Shown: positions 11,157 through 31,131 of the stretch, one piece after another
How positions within the stretch are numbered: position 1 is the first letter of the stretch
Layout: the number at the start of each line of letters is the position of its first letter
Translations under genes and position numbers: made by a program
The notes under the pieces: model-generated
What the model was told of the DNA's origin: nothing
Database searches by the model: none
What the model saw: the letters and a program-made list of their open reading frames with translations, nothing else
From: Amoebidium appalachense
Taxonomy: Eukaryota; Protista; Ichthyosporea
NCBI GenBank assembly: GCA_963693365.1
Contig: CAVNZM010000002.1
Location: 5,224,259 to 5,288,258, forward strand
Reading direction: 5' to 3'
DNA length: 64,000 nt

Positions 11157-12624
11157 GATATGGTGTGCACGCAGAGAAGGATGGTGAATAGGTAGGACAC
11201 CAGAGAGGAGGAAGGAGAGGGGGGTGGGGGGGAGGTGGGGGTGGGGGTGGGCATTACTGACGGGCTCGTGTACAGGCATCGACACATTCCCCCCCAACAC
11301 GACCATCGAGACCGATCCCCAGCCGCTGAATGAGAATTTATACCCGGTGCGTGAAATCGACCCAGCCACGGGCACCTACAAGCTGCCGCCGGCAAACCCT
11401 CTGATCGAGGCAGCATGCAGGGACATAATCGGGCAGGCGGCCAGCCAAAACTGTCCTGGCGTGACTGCGGACCAATTGGAATCGTTCATTCAGGGGTACA
11501 TTTTGGACTCCACGTTTATGAATACGCCCCCAACGGATGCTGCGGCCAAGCCGGTGCGTCATCGGTGTGCGTACAATCAGGCCATGGGCGAGATGCAGGC
11601 CCAGACGGTGTGTGCTGCAAACGAGGTTCCCGTCAACAATTTGTGTCTGGACACATTCCCGTGTGGTAGGGGCCGTTCTTTTTTTTTTTTTTTTTTTTTT
11701 TGGGGGGGGGGGGGGGAGGGGGGAAGGGGGGGGGAGGGGGGGGAGGGGGGTTTAAACCTATCCGTGTTTCACGTTGTTCTTCTTTACAAAAATGTGTGGG
11801 CCGGCTCGCACTGGCTGGCTGGGGTTTAATGTTACACCGAAGTCCAAGTGCATTGAACTTCACATTTCGTCTCGTTTCCATTCACAGTTGCAGCAACCTT
11901 GCATCAATTTTGCTCCCCCCCTTCTCCCCCCTCCCCCCCCCCCCCTCCCCCCTTCCCCCATACAATGGTGTCACAAGTTATGGGTTATGCCAGTGTCTGA
12001 AATGTGTCATGTGTTCACAATTGAGCAACCCCCCCCCCCCCCCCCCCCAAACTCCCCATCCACCATCCATGAATAGCCTATGCGTTGTAAACTTGCATCT
12101 TTCTTAAGCGCTGACTTTAGGCATCGTGACAGTAGGCTAATCCTTAACTACACTAGTTGAAAAGCCATCTAACAGTGTAATTGTGCCAATAGACAAAAAA
12201 AACATTTCATGCAATACATACTATAAATATAGTCATTAATCGAAGTATATAACTTAGTCTCCATCCCCACAGGTCCTGGTTGTGGTGACCCCGTCAACCA
12301 ATGTGTCAATGACACGTGTGTGTGTAGTCCTGCTTACACGGGGCAATTCTGCGAGTACCTAGTGGGAGGTACGGTCACCCCTTTGCTACCGTTCATATGA
12401 TTTATGATTTGTTTTCTTCGAACCGTACCAATCATTTTTATGGTAATTTTCCTCTATCACTGATTTCCCGTCTGTTCTGGTCTTGACTCCCCATTTCCCC
12501 CCCCTCTTTTTCTTCCAGTGCTGTTTTTCTTGTTTCTTTGCTTCGTTATTTTCTCTTCGTTCATTTCTTTTTTGTGTGTGTGATTGGTTTTTTTTTTTTT
12601 TTTTTTTTTTTTCTGTGGCGGGAG

Positions 12625-12670
<46 letters not shown>

Positions 12671-12922
12671 GTGTTGTTCAGTTTGCTGTGACGTCTGTTG
12701 CAAATAGCACCTTTAGTGACTTGGCATGCCTACTAATTTAAACTACTGACATGTTTTTCCTGTCCTCTCCCCGGTTGTACACGAAACACACCTCACATAC
12801 CATGTGCACACACACGCATACACATACACGAGGCTGCGGCACACATCCACACACACACACACACACACACACAACACACACACACACAGAACACACACAC
12901 ACACACACAACACACACACAAA

Positions 12923-12996
<74 letters not shown>

Positions 12997-13679
12997 TGCG
13001 TGCACCGTTTCACCGTGCAAGAATGGAGCCACGTGTGTGGCTGGGACTGGTGCAGAATACTCGTGCACGTGCACGGGAGGATACTACGGCGCAACCTGCC
13101 AATGTACGTACAAAACGTGTGTGTGTGTGTGTGTGTGTGTGTTTGTTTGTGTTTGTGTATATGTTTTTGTGTGTTTGTGTGGGTGTGTGTGGGTGTGTGT
13201 GGGTGTGGGGGTGTGGGGGTGTGTGTGTGTATGTGGGGGTGTGTATGGGTGTGTGTGTCTGCGCGCGCGCATGCGCAAGGGCTCTTGTGTGTGTTCGTGT
13301 GTTGTCTTTTCATGTCACATTCCCACCGGGGGGGAGGGGGGATAATATGCTCTTGGAATCTCGACATTATCAACTTACGACATCTGTATAAAATAATCTA
13401 CACCCGTTGCTGTTGAAAGTAATTTTATTACTATGTTGTTTCGTTTCCAGACCTGAACGAGTGCACGACGGGCAGCGCGAAGTGCGGAACCAATGCTCAG
13501 TGCATTGACACGGCCAGCAGCTACACGTGTGCCTGCAACGTGGGCTACGTGGGCAACGGCATCAACTGCACAGGTATGCCTTCAACCCTTCCCCCCTCTC
13601 CCCACCTCATCCCCATCCCCTAGCTTACCCCACCCCTTCCAAATACACACATATACACACTCCCTCTCTCTGTCTGCCC

Positions 13680-13767
<88 letters not shown>

Positions 13768-13935
13768 TTCTCTCTCTCTCTCTCTCTTTCTCTCTTGCTC
13801 ACACTCAACACTCACCACTCACCACTCCCACAAAACACAAGACGCACTCCCACACAGAAGCAAAGTTATCATGTCTTCTCGTATGGGTTTTACCAAATCT
13901 AGTAGTATGGCATGGTGTTTTATGCTTTTAAAAAG

Positions 13936-13979
<44 letters not shown>

Positions 13980-15116
13980 CCACGTGCACAGACAAGCACG
14001 CACATGCTTGAACACGTGCAGGCATACGGGCGTTGATTTGGCCATGTAAGTATATCATCACACGTGCGTGAAGTTCACGACAGCTGTAGACACATATCCA
14101 CACCAGTTTAATTCTAACGATTGGGCAAAATTCTAAAGCAGACACAGCGTGTGGTTGGATAGAAGGAAAGGGGGTGTGGGTATTGCCGGTGGTGGTGGTT
14201 ATTAAGGGGGGGATGGGGGGGGGGGGGGGGGGGGGGGAAGGGGGGACCATTGAGTAGACAACAAAAAGTGTACACATGGTTTTTCCAACTTCAGACACTT
14301 TGATAGGAGCAAAACCTCATTCATCCAATATCAAAGTAACCCAATCATCCCTGCCCCCCCCCCCCCCCCCCCCCCACCTCCCCCCCCTCCCCCCCCCCCC
14401 CCCCCCCCCCCCACCTCTTTCTGCTCTAAATTCACACAGCCGCATGCGACATCAAGCCGAGTGTGTGCCTCAACAACGCGACGTCATGCACCATGATCAC
14501 GGTGGGCAATGCGGTGGACTACAAGTGCACGTGCGCCTTTGGCTACTACGGCAAGAACTGCGAGGGCATGCTGCCCGAGATCGTCAACGGCAGCCTCGTG
14601 TTCGATCTGAACAGCAACAAGGCCAGCGACTCGGTCGATGTGCCCCTGTCAAATGTCACTATCAAGTATCCTTTCGTTCCCCCCCTCCCCCCTCCCCCCT
14701 CCCCCCCTCCCCCCTTTCCCCCCCACCACACGCATATAGCATATTCCCGCACGCACGTTTTCGCTTACTACCCCTCCCTCCCTCCCCCCCTCCCCCCCCC
14801 CCCTCTGTCTTTATGACAATTCCCCCCCTACCCCCCCCCCCCTCCGCCCCCCCTCAAACAAAAAAAGGCTACCCCTCCCCCCACCCCGCCCTCCTCTTCC
14901 CCCCCCCCCCCCCCCCCAAAGAAAAAAATGGGGTCCCTTCGTGGTTCTTTTTTTCTGTTGTTGTCCACTCAGTCTGTGCAGGTTATTTTCACCTACTCAC
15001 AATCTGTTGCCCGTTGCGAATTTGTACTTCTATGTAGCTCGTTCACACCCCCTCCCCCCCCATCACCCTCCTCTCCCACACGCACGCACACACACACACA
15101 CACACTCTCTCTCTCT

Positions 15117-15198
<82 letters not shown>

Positions 15199-15292
15199 CC
15201 TCTCCCTCCCTCCCTCCCTCCCTCCCTCCCTCCCTCCCTCCCTCCCTCCCTCCCTCCCTCCCTACCTCCCTCCCTCCCTCCCCCCTCCCTCC

Positions 15293-15354
<62 letters not shown>

Positions 15355-15886
15355 AACCCACTTAGCAATGTGGTTGCCCATGGATACACCCACACAAAAG
15401 CTAACACAAGATCCACCCCAGGGCATACGACCCCCTCAAGCCCAACCGCACGGTGGCCACGACCACCACCAATGCCGATGGCAGCTTCAGCATCATCTTG
15501 ATGCCGGGCAGCTATGTGCTGGAGCCCTTAAACACAACCCTCCCAAAACCCTCCACCTTAACCTTCAGCGTGCCCACTTACGGCAGCCCGGTGATCAGCG
15601 ACACGTGGACGGGCAATGCGTCGTTTGCTCTCAAGAATGTCGCCTTCACCGGAAATACGACGTCAATTCCGCCGTTCTTCCTGTATGCAGGTGGGTTCAT
15701 GTTCCATAGCAGGCCCAAATGCACGATCTGGTTAGGAGGCATCAACAGGTGCACAGGTGTTAGTGTTGGACCACAACGGTAAACGTGAAGAGTCAACCAC
15801 TGCACAGTTATGTAGCACTGCATGCATGCCCCCCTACCCTCCCTCCCCTCCCCCCTCCCCCCACCCCCCCCCCCCCCAACCACCCC

Positions 15887-15917
<31 letters not shown>

Positions 15918-17886
15918 GAAGAAGAAGAAGAAAGAAAGAAACCGGGCGGGGAGGGGGGGGGGGGGGAGAGGGGGGGGGGGGGAATGGACGACAGTAAAAG
16001 AATATCAACGACAGAAAATGTAAATAGGTGTCCCGTGGGGCGAGGGGACCGCGGGGGGGGGGGGGGGGGGGGGGGGAAGCAATACAGATGTAATTAATGT
16101 ACATAGCGAACTGGCTGCATGGGTTGTACCCAGGCTTTGTTTTTCATACACGTGCATGTTTGGGCCAATGCAAACAAATGAGCTCAGGCCTCTAATCACA
16201 TTACAACTGCAAAGTACCTCCTTATGTTGCCGTAACTCATCACCCCATACTTCAACCATATCCCTCCTTATCTCTCCTAATGATTGCTGTCAATAACCTG
16301 CCGTCCGTTGCTGTTTTGACCTGGACCTCTGCAAGATTCCGCGGGTCTCCAACTGCTCTGCACAGGCCACGTGTAACGTTACCGGTTCCCAGCAGTACAC
16401 GTGCACTTGCAACACCGGGTACACGGGCAACGGCAAGACGTGCACAGACATCAACGAGTGTGCCACCGCAAATGGCGGCTGCCAGAATGCCGCATGCAAC
16501 AACACGGCCGGGTCGTTCACATGCACGTGCAACACTGGATTTGGCAACATGACAAACGACAAGATCTGCTCAGACGTAGATGAGTGTGCCAAAAACAACG
16601 GAGGGTGTCAATATGTCGCATGCATGAACACGCAGGGATCATTCAGCTGCGCTTGCAACGCCGGATACGGAAACCTGGCGAATGGATTGACGTGCACAGA
16701 CACCAACGAATGCACAACAAACAACGGCGGCTGTAGCGCAGATGCAGCGTGCACAAGCTCGGACGGTTCGTTCACGTGCGCATGCAATACGGGCTTTAGT
16801 GGTGACGGTGTGACCTGCACTGCAAACCCAACCACAAACTCTGCTACCGCACCTACGGCCTCACCCACCCCAGCTGCCGGGGCCGCGGCCACAACTACGG
16901 GAAGCAGTGCGATTACGCGTATACAGCAGCCGGTTTTAGCGGCGGAGGCTCAACCACACCACTCAACCAGTGCTTAGTTTCGGCATTTGATTTCCGGCTG
17001 CAGCTCACGAACATTGGCATGGATGGGCAGTGGGCCTCACAGGCCCGCACAATGTTTGGCGTTACGGAAGCCGACAATGGCGGGTACTGTTTGCACCTGG
17101 ATAGTCCCACCTAAGGTCCGTTCCTGTATTCGTGCAGTGCGCTCAACGGCAGTGGGTTGTTTGCAACTTACGACAAGGCCAAGGGGGAGGTCAAGATTGA
17201 GGGTGAGGTGGTCGGCTGCAGCCGTCACTTCACGGCATCGGATTGCGCCCGATTCATGAAGGCTGGGGCATGCACGGTGTCGTTTGTGTACAAGGTATGT
17301 GCCTGCTGTTCCCAATCACAAACGGGTATGTGCTTTTGTGGTTAGGGTTCTTGTTAGGTAACTTTATGGTTTTTGATTGGGTTCCTTGTGTGTTGCGTAA
17401 CTCGGGGGGGACTGAAATGTTCTGCTTAAAAGGCTGGCCACCAATTGTTCTGCCTCCCAAGTATATATGGCAACCACTGACCCTTCACCTTCCATATATG
17501 GCAGGTTTCGGCCAGTGGAGCCAATGAGGTGCGGGCTGCAGACGCCACGCAGCTTGGCAGCGGCACTATCACCTGCCCGCACGAAACCACCACGTACACC
17601 GGCAAGCTGAACGGCGACCACTCGTTCAGGGTGAGTGCAAGCATGCTACCAAGTGCTTCCCCGACATGCATTTTGATGTGCACGTGTTTCAGCAATATCG
17701 TCTCAGCCTCCTTAGTCCGACTTTGTATGTGGCTGTCTCCTGGGCCCTAGACGGCACACAGGCATCTTTGCGCAGAATTCTATGCCAGCACCACCTGTTC
17801 GCTGCAGACAAACAGCTGCACTGATCGCTGTGATACCAGTAGTTACTGTACTTCATCCTTGAATCCCCCCCTGTCCCCCCCTCCCG

Positions 17887-17936
<50 letters not shown>

Positions 17937-18312
17937 AGAGAAAAGAAAAAGAAAAATATAGAAAAAAGAACATCATATGTAGATAATTGATGAGAAGACC
18001 CATATGCATCTTCCCCATCCCCACGCCCGGAAGGGGGGAACGGGGGGGGGGGCTCAGTGAAGTGCCTTTGCTGACTTTGGGCTTGAACCATTTGCACAGA
18101 TCTCCGCACAGCCGCTGTTTGAGGGAGCAAACGGTTTGTGCTGGCTGATGGGCACTGCGCCGGCACGCATTTGGTGTCTCCGTATCCACCTTTGAGAAGC
18201 TAGGCGCAGCATACCTGCACATGGTTATGCACAAGCTTGGCCACGCATGGCCACAGATTGTCGAGCAGCCACGGGGCTGCCCACGTGTGACCGTGCACCC
18301 CCCTCCCGGATC

Positions 18313-18343
<31 letters not shown>

Positions 18344-18445
18344 CCCGCCCCGCCCCCGGAGCCCCTCTCCCCCTCCCTTTCCCCTTCTCACGAAAACTTT
18401 TGTCTGGGGTGGGTTGGCGGGTGTCATGATATGCCCGGGGTTAAA

Positions 18446-18555
<110 letters not shown>

Positions 18556-19394
18556 GTTGTTGTTGTTGTTGTTGTTTTGAGGTGTGTGTGTGTGTGAGTG
18601 TGGGTGTGTGGGTGTGTGTGGGGGGGTAGGGGGGGGGGGGGGGGGGGGGGGGATCTTGAGAAAGGGGGGTGCATAACTTATGATTTGGTGTATGCCACAT
18701 GGAGGAGTGTGTACACATGTGGGTGTGTGGGTGTGCGTGTGTGAGTGTCTGTTAGAGTAGGAGGCCTGTATGTATGTTAGCATAAGCTCCGGGGTCTTAC
18801 TATTTTTCTTTTGTCTTCGCCATCGGCATGCATGGCCCGGATCGAACTGGCGCTGTCGGACTAATATTACAAGATTCCCGCCAAAAACTTTCTTCTAGAG
18901 CTCCTATGAATGCATCCCCATTCAGAATGTTTGTAATGTTTTCCACTGCTATTCCATAATGTTCGATTTTTATAGTCTTATCCAGCGTTCCAAAGCAATA
19001 AAAAATATTAAAACGCAAAAACAAAGGTTGCTACTTAAATTATTTTTGAATGTATTTTTGTTTTTAGTGCAGATTGTGTTTGTTTTGAAATATGTTAACG
19101 CGAGCAATTACGGGGGGTTTCATAAGCGGAATCTCAGGGGGCTGAGCGCATGTTGCCGCGGCCGAGTGCTGAACTTCCTCAAAAAGAGAGCAATCACGCA
19201 TGTGTTTTTTGTGAAGAGTGACTTGCTGAACTTTTTAATCGGCGGTCCCACCCCCGCCCCTCCCCCCCCAAAATATTAATCAGCTTTTGAAATATACGGA
19301 GTGAAAAGTTCATTGACTCTTACGGCTGACCAAGCTAACTTACAGACTTGAAAAGTATACACATCGGCATATGCACTTCTCAACAACTTCCAAC

Positions 19395-26408
<7,014 letters not shown>

Positions 26409-26827
26409 TGCCTAAAACATAAAGGATGATGGTGTAAATCTAGCCAAGAATGATGTGCGAACACACTGTGTGGGACTTGTGGTGCAAAAAAGTATCTTGA
26501 CAGGGATATTAATCTTTTGACAGGGATGGTTCAAACTGAATTCGCTGGCATAGACTTTTAATTCTAGATTCTTTCTCGTTTTCTACCATGTATACTCTCC
26601 TTTTCCTTCACTTTTCTGTGTGTGTGTGGGTTTGGTGGCGGTGGGGTGGTTGGAGGGGGGGGGGGGGGGGGGGGGGGGGGGTTCCACGTGTGATTTCGAT
26701 TATTCATTGGAATGTCTGTCTATGTATGCACTCTTAAAAACAGGACAGATTGAATAAACACGGCGGCCCTGTTTATTCAATGTCAAATATATGGGCCTGC
26801 AGCCTGAGGTAAAAGCAGTTTCACGAG

Positions 26828-26829
<2 letters not shown>

Positions 26830-26874
<45 letters not shown>

Positions 26875-26931
26875 TCGCACTCGCACACGCACTCACACTC
26901 ACACTCACACACTCACACACTCACACTCACT

Positions 26932-26964
<33 letters not shown>

Positions 26965-27171
26965 ACGCACTCGCACACGCACTCGCACACGCACACGCAC
27001 ACGCACACGCACTCACACACACACTCACTCACTCACTCACTCACTCACTCACACACACACACGCACACGCACTCGCACTCGCACTCGCACTCGCACTCAC
27101 ACTCACTCACTCACTCACTCACACACACACACACACGCACTCGCACTCGCACTCGCACTCACACTCACTCA

Positions 27172-27211
<40 letters not shown>
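26830..27211. repeat. Compound (CA)n/(CACT)n/(CACTCG)n microsatellite
   Basis: Directly visible. Confidence 0.95.
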
Positions 27212-27803
27212 AACTCACTCGTTCACTCTCTGATTCACTCATCCACTCACATACATACATACTGACCCCTTCACTTGAATCCTGAAATTGCGCATACACA
27301 CGTGCGCGCGCAATTTCAGGATTCAAGGAGACGAATTTTTCCCACACACACAAGCTCATACTGCATATTTGCATTTTATTGAAATATTTGCATACAGACT
27401 CGCCTGCACGTACAACGTGCCTCGGTCGCAATCGACTGCATTCACAATACAACGTGCCTCGGTCGCAATCGACTGCATTCACAAGACGAACTGTAGTGGC
27501 TAATCTATTAATCTATGGGAGATACGATTTTACGATCATCCAAAGATCATCCATATGTGTTAAGGGAGATTACCGTTGATGTGATTTGATTTCATTTTTC
27601 CCCTCGGTACTAAACGTTAACTGCAGGTATCTACAAAGATGGGGTCCGTTATCCCCATATTAATATTTTTTTAACAGCGCTAGTATGCACATAACATAAC
27701 ATCCCTTCTTTTCCTAATACACATAACATCCCTTCTTTTCCTGATACACAAGTCAACTGCGATCCGAAGAACCTCCGGCATTACATTAGAAAACATTTAA
27801 ACT

Positions 27804-29910
27804 TTACAGCCACGGCCAATAAGGAATCGCGGCCGGATCGAGTCCGTAAGCAAACCCAGCCGGGTACCCAGTTGCAGTCTGATTCTGCTTTCTAGCACGA
27901 ATGGAATCCGATAAGGCCTTCGTGTCCTGCTGCCATTGGCTGACAGCCGGGCCAATCAAAGTGCCCAATCCGGCCTTCTCGTAGCTGAACATGAGTGAGT
28001 CCTCAGCCAATAGCGGTCGTTTGTGCAATCGCAGGATTGCAATCTGGTAGACAAGCTGCTCGGGGGTGGGCAGCATGGAGAGGATGTCCTTCGGTGACGT
28101 CATGCCTGTAAATGGAACGTCATGATTGGTTAGTCATTTTGCCCAAAAAGAGAAGAGGATGACAACCATATTGGAGGAGCAGGGAGGGGGGGGGGGGGGG
28201 GGGATGTTTATGTTTGCAAGGCGCTAAAAAGGCATGTGGGAGAGAGGGGCTGGAGTGTGTATGTTTGTGTGTGTTGTTTTTTTTTATTTTTATTTTTTTT
28301 GTGGGGGGGGGGGGGGGGGGGGCAATACCCTTTGCCTTTGGGGGGGCTCTATAGATGGCAGCCACGTAAGAGCCAGGGTGGGCCATGTACTCGTAGGCCA
28401 TATCCCCTCCGACAGATGCGTGGTGGGCAGAGTTGCGCCAAACGAATCGGGTCAAAACCCGCACCACATCTTCGATCCCTGCGAGCTGGCCCGGGAAGCC
28501 CTTGACCCGACCGCCGGTTGTGCTTGCGACTTCGCGCGCCCATGCTTGGAGCTGTTTATGGGGGGTGGGCTTAGTGAGTTGTGGCTCAGAAACAAATAAT
28601 TTTTCTTGAAATCCTGATTTTTGTGGCAACATGTTTTTCTTGAAATCCTGATTTTTGTGAAGTTTGTTGTGCTTCATGTTCAGGGCCTTGCTTGCAATAT
28701 TCAAGGGTGTTAATGGTTTATCGGGTTGGCTACAGGTGCGTGTGTGGAGCCAAGAGGGGAAGGGGGGGGGGGGGGGGGGGGGGGGTACCTCGATGTCAGC
28801 CATAACAGCCTGGTCATCAGCATAATAGATCCCCACAAATTTGCGTACGAAATTCTCGATTGCCTTGTAAAGGGCAAGGTTATCGTCGCGGTAGAGGTAT
28901 TGGGGGAGCTCCATGACGTCACGGAATGCAAAATCCTTGAGGGGGTCCGTGCTATCATAGTCGAACCGGTCGTACTCTCTGTGAAGGGGGGGGGGGGGGG
29001 GGGGGGGGGACGGGAGGGGGGGGAGGGGAAGGGGTAGGGGTTCGTTATTGGAAGTCAGTGTGGTGAAAAATGACGTTTGGGAGGTGGCTGCTGTTGATTG
29101 TCTACGCGGGTGTTTTTTTTTTTTGGTACTTTTTCTTTCTTTTTTTCTTTCTTTTTTGAGAGGTGGCTGCTGTTGATTGTCTACGCGAGTGTTTTTTTTT
29201 TTTTTTTTTTTGGTACTTTTTCTTCTTTTTTCTTTTTGTCAGTACATGGCATAAAGTACACAACATGCCGGGTGTGGGTGGGTGGGTGGGTGGGTGGTGG
29301 TGGTGGTGGTGGTGGTGGGGGGATTTTTTACCTGCTGATCAGCCTCTGAATGCCAATGGAGCCAATCCCCAGGATTTGGTCTAGGGAGGACGGTGTGGCC
29401 TTATTTTCAGCCAGGAATTCAGACCCCATAAACTCATTGATCCCCACCCCCAGTCTTGCGTGGTGCATCAGAAGTGCATGGACGGGGTGAACATCTGCAA
29501 GCTGGCGCATAGCGGCGGTAACTTGGGGCTCTAAAAGGAGGTGGTCTAGGAGAATGTGGCGAATATGCACGGCGGTCTTGAGGGCGTGGGAGAAGTAAAT
29601 TTTGGCCAGAACCCAGTCCTGGTCATTGTCGCGGGGGGTGTAGACGAGATTGGACCCCCCTCCGACCCAAATTGCGACGGGCATAAGGCTGGGTTGGCTG
29701 GTGGTGTTGTGGAGGACGAAAAGGCCCACACACCCGGGGGCGTACTTGCGCTTGTGGGTTGGGCTGGGGGGTGTCATTAGAAGCGGTGCTGAAATTTCCT
29801 GCAAAACGGGAAAAAGCAAAATGGTTGAGTGTTAGCATTTTTGTATCATGTAACTTGATGTTCCCTAGTTGGACTAGTATGTTCCCTAGTTGGATCTAGT
29901 TAGGACATTT

Positions 29911-29955
<45 letters not shown>

Positions 29956-31100
29956 TCGACAAGGGAACAAATGAGACCAAGACTCTGTGATATGGATGGA
30001 AAAGAAGGTTTTTGGGGGGGGGGGGGGGGGGGGGGTCGGGGGGGGACAATCTCACCTGGGGGTCTAGGGTGTGATATGGATGGAAAAGAAGGTTTTGAGG
30101 GGGGGGGGGGGGTTTTGAATGCGGAACACAGTACGAAGTACGCATACACGATGAGAAGCATGGTGCAGGACACATGCAAAGGCAAACATTCAAGTATGCA
30201 GCATCAGCCATGCGCACAGTATGCGTCATAAGCAGAGCCCATCCTCAGGGAGGGCCCAAGTCATCAATTGCGTCTGAGTTTCGACCCCTTAGCCCGCGTA
30301 TATACGACGCTCCAACTCAGACAGCAGCATCAACTGAACTTGGGTGGGTCAACCCGTCTTGATCAAAGACGAGCAGGGTTGCTTATGCAAGCAAGGTGAG
30401 CAAAACGGTGAAGATGTATGTGCAAACTAATGCAGTGCAGCGACAAACGCGTATGTGCTTACAGATGCACGACACAGAGCAACCATGCCCGGTTGCATGG
30501 AAGTAAAGATGTCTCCACACAGTGGTCTGTCCTGAAAGGACACCTCTGAAAGAAGACAGGGGGGGTTTTGAATGCGGAACACAGTACGAAGTACGCATAC
30601 ACGATGAGAAGCATGGTGCAGGACACATGCAAAGGCAAACATTCAAGTATGCAGCATCAGCCATGCGCACAGTATGCGTCATAAGCAGAGCCCATCCTCA
30701 GGGAGGGCCCAAGTCATCAAGGGGGGAGGGGGCGACAATCTCACCTGGGGGTCTAGGGTGTCCATAAAAGACACATCCGAACTGTAGACAAGCCCCTTCT
30801 GCATGGCTTCGGGGAGGCCTGAGACCCCTGCAGGCATAATTCCGGTCACCATTTCAGGTGTAATTTGACCGCGCATTTGCATGGGTAGGTCGAAAATTCG
30901 CTGAATCATCATCCCTCCGAATGTCAACTGCTCCTGGCCTAAAATAGCATCGTTCATGATGGCCGTGGAGTTCTGCCCGGGCATGGGGAAGCCCATGGGG
31001 TTAAACAGTTGGTCGTAGTCGGAGAGAGTGAGAACCCCCATGGAGAAGGTGAACGGGATCTGTGCCAACGTCTTGTTGACCACCGGCATGATGTTAAGTG

Positions 31101-31131
<31 letters not shown>

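Larger units (their letters stand above)
4888..18195 (+). pseudogene. Secreted/surface protein: WSC domain, Cys-rich region, ~8 EGF/cbEGF repeats, SdrD-B-like domain; disrupted
   Basis: Exons ~4888-4898, 4989-5225 (FLQGCY...MTADRCREFC...GNQCTCG, WSC), 5289-5314 + post-11156 (split by copia #2), 11276-11665, 12273-12368, 12996-13103, 13451-13573, 14440-14665, 15422-15690, ~16319-17294 (DINEC/DVDEC/DTNEC), 17505-17630, 18100-18195. Lesions: TE insertion, TG instead of AG at 16317-18, frameshift ~16900, TAA at 17112-17114. Confidence 0.8.

Noticed and set aside
30045-30072. 28-bp TSD of the retroposon
   Set aside because: Belongs to an ~85-bp intron duplication that predates the insertion.
30107-30117. 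G4T4 ciliate-type telomere repeat
   Set aside because: A single unit formed by a G-run plus the element end.
30228-30267. Hammerhead, SECIS or C/D snoRNA reading of TGATGA...CTGAGGA
   Set aside because: No GAAA after stem II, no SECIS GA quartet or AA loop, and box C is not conserved in the 63377 copy.
30113-30720. TRIM (mini LTR element)
   Set aside because: It has TG...CA-like ends but no tRNA PBS, and the sister copy is truncated with a 16-bp TSD. Disfavoured, not fully excluded.
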